64,000 nt of DNA, taken from NCBI GenBank assembly GCA_002269645.1, contig NIVC01001811.1, positions 513,001 to 577,000 on the forward strand, given 5' to 3'. The position numbers and the translations under genes were made by a program. This DNA is from Macrostomum lignano (taxonomy: Eukaryota). Positions 56,454-64,000 of the stretch are shown piece after piece. Position 1 is the first letter of the stretch. Each line of letters starts with the position of its first letter. Below the pieces are notes generated by a model. It had not been told where the DNA came from and searched no databases. It saw only the letters and a program-made list of their open reading frames with translations.

Positions 56454-59405
56454 GTGAGTTCCCCAAGAACTGTTGAAGGCTTTGAGTGGCTGCATTGATG
56501 TAGACAAGAGAATTCATTTGTAGAAAGCAAATACTTCTCTCACAGCTGAAGTGGATGAATTGCTCTGTAAGAGGTAGCGGTAGAACAGTCTCCTAATTTT
56601 GTTCATTGACATAGGAGCTAATCTGACAGTGAATCGTTGTAACAGTCGAAAAAAAACCTTTGGGTCTCGATTTTCCCTAAAACATATCGATGGGAGCAGA
56701 GCAGATCAGCGGAAAACGCGACTGACTCTCGCGCTATCGAGGCACAGAGACTGTACATTCCTGACGATTAGAGAAAGTCAAATGGGCCGCGCTACATCCT
56801 AACGAGCGTGTGCATGAGTGTGTACGTGCGTACAGTATTAGCGCTCTTGTACGTATACTCAGGAGGCAGCGGAACGGGCAGAATTGCCGTCAGCGTTGAT
56901 TGTGGGACGATGTCGCCAAAAGTATTGCATCAAGGTGTTCAAGATCTCACTACAATACTAGTTAGTATGAGCTTTGGTTATTTTCTAAAGCATACCAAAA
57001 GTCTTAAGGTTTCGAAGTCATTCTTCAAGTGAAATTGTGCGTCTGTATCTGTTTGGTCCTCCAAAAACAAACGCTTTTCTAAATCGTCATCGCAATTTAC
57101 TAAATATGATTTTCTAACGCCAAAAAAACGCTCAGGTCGTATCTGGTGCTGACGCCCAGAAAAATCCGACCTGAATTAGAGCTCGGAGTAAGCGCCACCG
57201 TGTTCCGCATGCTGTACGACAGCATCACGTTCCGCGTATCGATTCGACGCATTCAGTATTCGATTCCGGACTATGAGATCAACTACGCCGAAGAGACTTT
57301 TACACAGCCGGGATCCAGGATTATCCGACTGAAGGTTCGACAATTTTCACTTGGCATAATAATAATAATAATAATAATAGTATTATTTGACTGCACCTAG
57401 CCCAGTTTGGCCAGGTGTGCAGCCGACAGTTCAGCCGCAGCTACTGCGCGGCGCAACTGAAAGCTGCGTACGGCTGTTCAGTCCAAGGACTGGGGGGGGG
57501 GGGTCACCACACACCCTCAATTGCCCCAGCTAATGTTGGCACCCATTTTGCAGCTGGGTGAACTGAAGCAATGCAGAGTTAAGTGTCTTGCTTAAGGACA
57601 CAAATTGTTCCAGTGCAATCGGGAATCGAACCTCCGATCTTCAAGTCGTGAGTCCAATGCTCTCACCACTAGTCTACAACCCCCTTGCTGCAGTTTTGTG
57701 GGTCAGTAAAATAAGTTTTAGTGTCTTTTGAGGCTTATTTAAGCCAGTGGTTCGCCAGTCATCTAAAATATTCCTGATTTGCGCATACTTTTATCACCTA
57801 GACCTGCAGCGCCCACTAGTACAGCGGTACTAGTTTTCGTTGTGAGCCACTCAGTGTTTTGGAAGAACCCTGAAAAAGTATTGAATTTATGTGACGAAAC
57901 ACCCCAAATACGCTGCTTATACAGTAGTAGTGAATTCTGGAATTCATTATGGGGTCGTACTATAAAGCTGTCGTAGCGTAGGTTCAATCGACGAGTACGT
58001 CAGAACTTTTCCACTGCGGAGATAGTAGCTAAGAACGATCTTATCTTACGATGGCTTTATAGAACGAGCCCTATAAGTGTAAATTAAATATGTATCGAAA
58101 TACAGTTCAAAACATTTACATGTTTACTTGAAGTATAAACACTTGTGCCTGACCTGCAGGCTCCGGAGAACATTCCAGAAGGAAACTACAGCATTTTCGT
58201 TGAAGGCTCCGTGGAATCCTTAGGCGGTCTTCTCTTTCAAAACAGAACGGAACTCGTTTTCGAGCCGAGGGTCTTTTCTGTCTATATTCAGTTTTCAAAG
58301 CCGCTGTACGCCATGGGAGATCTGATTAAGTTTCGAGTGATTCCGTACGAGTTCAACCTGATGGTAAAAAACCGGTTGTTCACGAGTGTTGAACTGGTTG
58401 ACCCGAACGGTATAGTCGTGAGGCGCTGGCTCTCTCCTCGAACTAACGCTCGTGGCTACCTGGAGTTGAGCTTTCAACTGCCGCCAACCTGCAGCTTTGG
58501 AGAGTGGAAGGTACGGTGCAACCGAGAAAGTTTCGTATCGGAGAAAAAGTTCACCGTCAGCTACAATGTTGTGAAGACAATGTGTGCGGTCAACTTAACC
58601 CTGCCGCTGCGACTGTCCGAGTTCGCATTTGGGGTCTACGGAATACTGGAGGCCAACCACACTACCAATGTGCCTTCGCAGGGCAATGCAACGATTCGAC
58701 TGGAGTTTCGACCCAGATGGTCGTCTGTTGTGTTAGGCACGTTGGTCAAGGAGATTCCCTATGTGAGTTGATCTGTTTTTAGGGGTCTGTGCATAGAAAA
58801 TGAATTTGGTACTAATTGTGTTACTTTACAAAGGTGACGTCAGCTTCATCCAAAAAATTAAAATTGGAGAAACTGGACTAAATATTGATCAGGTAGTCCG
58901 TTGTTTGGTCTCTAAGCTAAGCATCTAGCTCCGTTTAGATAGCTAATTTGCAATGTTATCAAACTGGGTGAGACGTAGACAGACGGAATTTTCAATGGTT
59001 TTTCACTCAGAGTGACATCCCCTCGAAAAAATCCAAATGTCGAATTGGATTCTTTTACTCCAGTTTCTCGGCCGCTCGAATTTCCTGTTCACCATGCAAG
59101 AGATTCAGGCCGAGCTGAAGCTCAAAGATAGGCCGGCTGACTTGGACGTCTATGGCGAGGCATTTGTCTTTGACTGGAACTTCCTGGTGACGGATAACAA
59201 CAAAGCGCAAAGTGTGATATTCCGGGAGGTGCCAGACCTCAAATTTCTTGGCGGTCGAGTGCGTCAATTCAAACCGGAATTGCCCTACACCGCATATGTA
59301 AGACAGCTTTCTTATATTTTATATCAGAAATAGAATTAGCAAGAGGGAAACCAGGTGTACTTCCCAAGAGACAGCGGCCCTGAATTTCTCCTCTTCGTCA
59401 AGGCA

Positions 59406-59467
<62 letters not shown>

Positions 59468-62400
59468 GTACCTTGGGGTTTTGGGCCTCATACGGCGCGA
59501 AAATCGCACAAGAAGCTCCGGGTCAATTTTCACGAACGAACCTTAAATTAAGCTAGCAGCTTTCGAACCTGGGACTTGAGCACGAGAGTGCGTTACCGCT
59601 GAGCTACTCCACCCTCTCATAAAAAAATGACTAACCCTGGTTACTTAACACCCAGATTCGAATATTTCAAGCTGACGGTCGAAAGCCGGACTTCCGCTAT
59701 CGCTACGTCAGCATCGAGGTCTACTGCGACACGAGTGCACTAATAAAAAGTGATTCGCGAATTCCCGTACCGGACGACTCGGTGATTCGGTACACCATTC
59801 AGACTGGCCGAAACTGCACCAACTACAGACTGTTTGCCCTGCTGAAATCATCGAGCACGTCGATGACGAGGACGGCTGAACAGTTCGTGTTCCGCCACTA
59901 CTCTCCTAGCGGAGCCTACCTGAGAGTGACAACATCGACTGACAAGCCCTCGGTGGATAAATACATGGTGTTTAATATTCGGACAACCTATTATACACAG
60001 GAGATTCACTACCTAATTCAAGCTGCTGGTAATATCCTGTCCAGCGACATTATCCGGATGCCAGCCGGGGTGCTGTCGAAGACATTCTCCATCGCCATAT
60101 CGCGAGAGATGTCGCCAGTAGCCAGAATGGTTGTCTACTTCATGAAACCGGATGGTGAGCTGGTCACCGACTCCTTCACATTCTTTGTCGAGCTACTCAG
60201 AATGAACTCGGTCAAGATTGACATGCATCAGGGCTCAGATCTGTCGGGTAAGACGGTCACAGGCTGGGTGTCTGGCGCTTCGCCAGGCTCATTTATCCTG
60301 CTTTCAACTATGCCATACGACTTGTACTTGAGGTACGGATCCAGGGTCATTCTGGAGCCGAATGCGGTAAATAAAAGTTAATGACAGTTGTACAAGTAGT
60401 TTTTTCATTATAATTGCTTAAATATTCCCGAATTCCTCATCGAAATTTCAGTTAATCGAAGAACTGCTTCAATACGAAAGCTTCGCTGATCAGCCTTTGA
60501 GGTATCGCTGGTTCGATGACATCTCTGACACGCCCAAGGCCAGATACTTCCCCTCGCACACTCTGGGACCCGATGCCAATAAGACCATGAACTTTTCTGG
60601 ATTGATCATGTTCACCGACTCAAACTACAGCAGCGTTTCCTTCTGGCGTAAGTGTAGAAACCCCAGCAAAATTTGAAATTATGCTAACATTTTTTACTTC
60701 GGAACGATAAATGGGACTCTTTTGATGGGAGGCAGACATTTTATTATTTTATGAAAAGAATCGACTTTTTATGTCGTCTCTGCTGCCAGATTTTTTTCAA
60801 GATCGTTTGAGGTTGTTTATGGTAAAAGCTTCAATCCGTTTTAGGCCAGCTAAAAGGCAGATCCGAACAGAGCATCAAGACCATACGTCACCATCGGAGA
60901 GTGGTCTATCTAGAGCATATATGATCTCTATGATCAAGACTGCTCTGGGGACCGAGATAAGAAACTTTAGAGACAACCAAGAGACAGTGGGCCGTATGCA
61001 GAAAGCTTAGACCAGACTAGCTAGTCCGGACTAGGGTAGTTCAGTCTATGGTCTATGGTCCAGCTACCCCAGTTCTGTCTATAGTAGACCGGTCTAACTT
61101 TGCGTTTCTGCATACCAAATCCAAGTTCAGACTAGCCTTTCAAGACCGGACTACCCTAGACAGAGCTTTCTTCATACGGCCCATAGTCACCCACTTGAGA
61201 GACAGAGGCGCGCAAAGCACCTGATTTTGGTGACAAGAAGGCTTTTAGTGAAGAGGAGGCAAAGACAAACCGAGTGTGGTGACGGCGAGGCAGCGAAAAG
61301 CTAGGGGATGCACCAGTGAACCAGTATATACTCGTACTTAGCTATTCACCTTTCCATTTCCAGACACCTGCAACGAGACGCTGAACCCCGAGAGGGTGTT
61401 TCCCTGCTACACGAAGCCGGACGAGTGCTACGGCTACAGGCAGAAATGCGACGGTAAAATTGACTGCCTAACAGGGGTTGACGAGATGAACTGCGAGAGC
61501 GACAGCTACAGAGATGTTCCTGGATATGTGGAGCCCTACTTTGAGTTCATGTTTCGGCACTTTATATACGACGAAGACTGGCTCTGGCAGGATTTATACG
61601 CCAAGTAATTAGCTTCCATTTTTAACTTTTTAGTTAAATGTGTACAGATGAGGGATTTATATAATATTTCAACGCTGCCTTGCCAGCATTTTAGGAGGAG
61701 TTATCGAACACATACATGTATACAAACAACACGTCAGATTTAGTATATACAGTATTCGACCTAAAGTTAGGCGAGCCTTTAATTAGACGAGTCTTCTAAA
61801 TATTCCAGACAGCTGAACTCATTAACTGTACAGTCGCTGCAAGACCCATAGATTTCACCTCTCTTAAATGCACAGTCGAAGTGAGACCAACCCCTCCCCT
61901 TTCCCCTGGCTCATAGATTTCACCTCTCTTAAACGTACAGTCGCAGCGAGACCACCCTTCCCCTTTCCCCGGGCCCATAGATTCCACCGATCTTGAATGT
62001 ACAGTCGAAGTGAGACTAACCCTTCCCCTTTTCCCCTGGCTCATAGATTTCACCGCTCTTAAATGTACAGTCACAGTGAGACAAACCTCTCCCTTTCCCC
62101 CGACAAGGATGACATACAACAACTGGATTGTCAGACTGGCGCTAAAGTATGCTTAAATTTTGACTCGCAAAACCCCTTCTTCATGCTCATAGGCTGGAGG
62201 GTTTCAAACACAAAAGGAAGACATATAACAACCTTGCAAATACACCCCTATAAGAGCGTAAAATTTTCTGCGGTTTGCGTTAGGCTTGCCTTGAGCAAAC
62301 CGGCTTTAGTGCCCAAGCGCGCTCGTTCTCCGTATGCCCCCTCCTCCGCCGCGTGTGTACGCTGTCTCGTGTTAATTGGGTGGGCGCCCCCCCCCCTCCG

Positions 62401-64000
62401 CCGGCTGGGGGTTTTTTATTCCAGCCGCGCTGCTGAGCAAGCAGTGTTTTTGCACTGTTTTTTTCATAGGTCGGTATGGCAAATGAGCTAAAAATAGCAG
62501 CCCATGAGCAGGAAGCAGGGGTTTTGCGAGTCATATTTTTGGCATATTCAACCCTTTTGAGTGGAGTAGTCTGACAATCCAGTTGTTATGTGTCATCCTT
62601 AATTCCACCGCTCTTAAATGTATACCCTCAGTGGTTAATCCTTTTCTTCCCTCGTCTACGGATTTAACTATTTCTCGATGAACACCAGCTGTATAAAAAA
62701 TAGCACTTAATTATACATTTGATCCCATTTCAGACCGTTTTTAAATGGCAAAGTGCCAATAAACACAGCCGTAGTTCCCAAACTTGAGACCGGTTGGGTA
62801 ATCGGGGCCATCGCTATCGATTCAGAAAAAGGCATTCAAGTACAAGAGGACCCGACAATGTTCACGTCGACTAGGAGATTCTACATGAGACTGGAAGCGC
62901 CAAAATCTGCGTTTTGGGGCGAACAGCTCGGAATCAGAGTGGCGCTCTTCAACAGATGGGACTACTGGATTGAGGTAAACTTAATATTCGATCGAATCAC
63001 TTTTGGGTATTATCTCAGATACTATCTCATTTAATTAGGAGTGTACCTATGCTTGAAGACCCACGTTTGATTCAATGTTTAGAGTTCACTGGAGTCGTTG
63101 CTTTGCGTTTGCGGAATCTGAGTGTAGGCGGATGCATGGACAACTAAAAGTACAATTATATCACAGTCGTAAATCTTGATAATCTTTTCAGGATTTCCTT
63201 TATTTTTCCGGCAAAAAAGTTCCGGCGAAATCACGATTTTTCCTATCTTCTAAGTGTATTGTTAAGCTTATAATTGCACGTTAAACCTAAACCCATTCAC
63301 AAAGGTACTGGTAGTTCTCAAAAGAGCAAGGACTACGACTTTGTTTCTGTTGGAGCCGGCGGCCAGGTAAACAGCTACTCACCGGAACTGGTGTCTAACT
63401 CTGACGTTCACTCTTTGGTCTACCTGAGAGGCGGCGGGCATACAATGATCTATTTTCCCGTGTTGCGCGACAGACTGGCAAAGTTACCATCAGCTTTTGC
63501 ACCTACTCGTTTATTGGCGGGAATGCTCCGCTGTAACTATTCCCATCTCGGTGAGTGCTTCGGCTGCATTGCATGTCATAAATAACGATAAATGAACTAG
63601 GAATGAAATGCGAGAAATGATAAATTAGCTACATAGAAAATACAGATCTAGTATCGAGTGAAGCATTAAAACAAACTAAATTGGGGGAGCATCAATGCAG
63701 AGGCATCGAGCTAAGGTTTTAAAATGAAAAAGGTTCTACAAATGATTCAATACACTTGGTATACGAATGGTTTATATCGACTTTCTAGTAAGTGTGATTC
63801 GCTATTTATAACTTATCATAGATCTTAGGGTTAGGGTTAGGGTTAAGGTTAGGGTTTAGGGTTAGGGTTAAACCGGCTTTTAATCTGACTTACACATATG
63901 CACAATCATTGTAATCATTGTTCATGGCTTCTTTTCAGATAAACGGAGTCGCGAATTCGTACAGTTCGCCAATTCTAATAGATCTCGTCGACAACTCCGA
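56330..64000 (+). CDS. Mcr: CD109/TEP (alpha-2-macroglobulin family) protein with LDLa module, macroglobulin complement-related type; 5' part only
   Basis: Signal peptide, macroglobulin-domain motifs (SYLVLTPRKIRP; SVYIQFSKPLYAMGDLIKFRV; REMSPVARMVVYF; FYMRLEAP...GEQLGIRVALFN) and an LDLa repeat. The thioester region lies outside the window. Confidence 0.85.
56546..56573 (+). CDS. Mcr: Mcr-like putative micro-exon
   Basis: ttctctcacag| acceptor; a phase 1 to 2 exon is needed to join exon 1 to 57136. Donor choice (56573 vs 56567) is uncertain. Confidence 0.4.
57136..57334 (+). CDS. Mcr: Mcr-like exon (MG1)
   Basis: SYLVLTPRKIRPELELGVS; AAG|gttcga donor. Confidence 0.85.
57356..57684 (-). mobile_element. 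Same SINE family, full length with (ATA)n tail
   Basis: Reverse complement of head, CORE, body and tail. Confidence 0.85.
58160..58762 (+). CDS. Mcr: Mcr-like exon (MG1-MG3)
   Basis: ORF 58145-58771; canonical sites; MG2 motif. Confidence 0.92.
59064..59297 (+). CDS. Mcr: Mcr-like exon
   Basis: FLGGRVRQFKPELPYTAY; canonical sites. Confidence 0.9.
59656..60366 (+). CDS. Mcr: Mcr-like exon (MG5/MG6)
   Basis: acacccag| acceptor; ISREMSPVARMVVYFMKPDGELVTDS; GCG|gtaaat donor. Confidence 0.92.
60452..60647 (+). CDS. Mcr: Mcr-like exon (linker)
   Basis: LGPDANKTMNFSGLIMFTD; canonical sites. Confidence 0.88.
61364..61604 (+). CDS. Mcr: Mcr-like exon with LDL-receptor class A repeat
   Basis: CNETL...FPCYTKPDECYGYRQKCDGKIDCLTGVDEMNC, followed by DEDWLWQD. 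Confidence 0.92.
61840..62100. repeat. About 65-bp minisatellite
   Basis: ATAGATTTCACCTCTCTTAAA anchors at about 61848, 61913, 61977 and 62043. Confidence 0.85.
62105..62600. mobile_element. Foldback/MITE with long imperfect TIRs, inserted into a 65-bp minisatellite
   Basis: GGATGACATACAACAACTGGATTGTCAGACT...GACTCGCAAAACCCC mirrored at the right end; no clear TSD. Confidence 0.7.
62734..62974 (+). CDS. Mcr: Mcr-like exon (A2M/MG6-7)
   Basis: VPKLETGWVIGAIAIDSEKGI...RFYMRLEAP...GEQLGIRVALFN. Confidence 0.92.
63305..63550 (+). CDS. Mcr: Mcr-like exon (MG7) with three -1 frameshifts
   Basis: Homologous reading VLVVLK / KSKDYDFV...IYFPVL / RQTGKVTISF...NA / AVTIPIS needs three frame changes. 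Confidence 0.75.
63825..63870 (+). repeat. Interstitial telomere-like (TTAGGG)n
   Basis: About 7 units with variants, inside an intron. Confidence 0.9.
63939..64000 (+). CDS. Mcr: Mcr-like exon (partial; INGVANSYSSPILIDLVDNS)
   Basis: cttttcag| acceptor, phase 0; resembles the TEP EGV...LDL motif. Confidence 0.75.
   Translation, partial: MNGVANSYSSPILIDLVDNS

Overview
Repeat-rich, intron-containing animal DNA. The GC-rich exons with poly-Q/A/G runs, minisatellites abutting splice sites and TTAGGG-type repeats suggest a free-living flatworm such as Macrostomum lignano (inference). Three genes can be assembled by hand. (1) A very large + strand phospholipase C epsilon gene (761-44789; 26 coding exons that join in frame to about 4,040 codons). 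It appears to add N-terminal ankyrin repeats, an unassigned helical region, a split REM domain and a FERM module in front of the canonical RasGEF-PH-EF-X-Y-C2-RA-RA core. (2) A convergent - strand SLC45-family sugar/H+ symporter (5 exons, about 581 aa). (3) The 5' part of a + strand CD109/TEP-family protein with an LDLa module (Mcr-like), which runs off the window and has three -1 indels in one exon. Introns hold five CORE-type tRNA-derived SINEs, several MITEs with recognisable TIRs/TSDs and many tandem arrays, including an inverted pair of 15-bp arrays bracketing one in-frame exon. All exon structures are manual predictions without transcript data.
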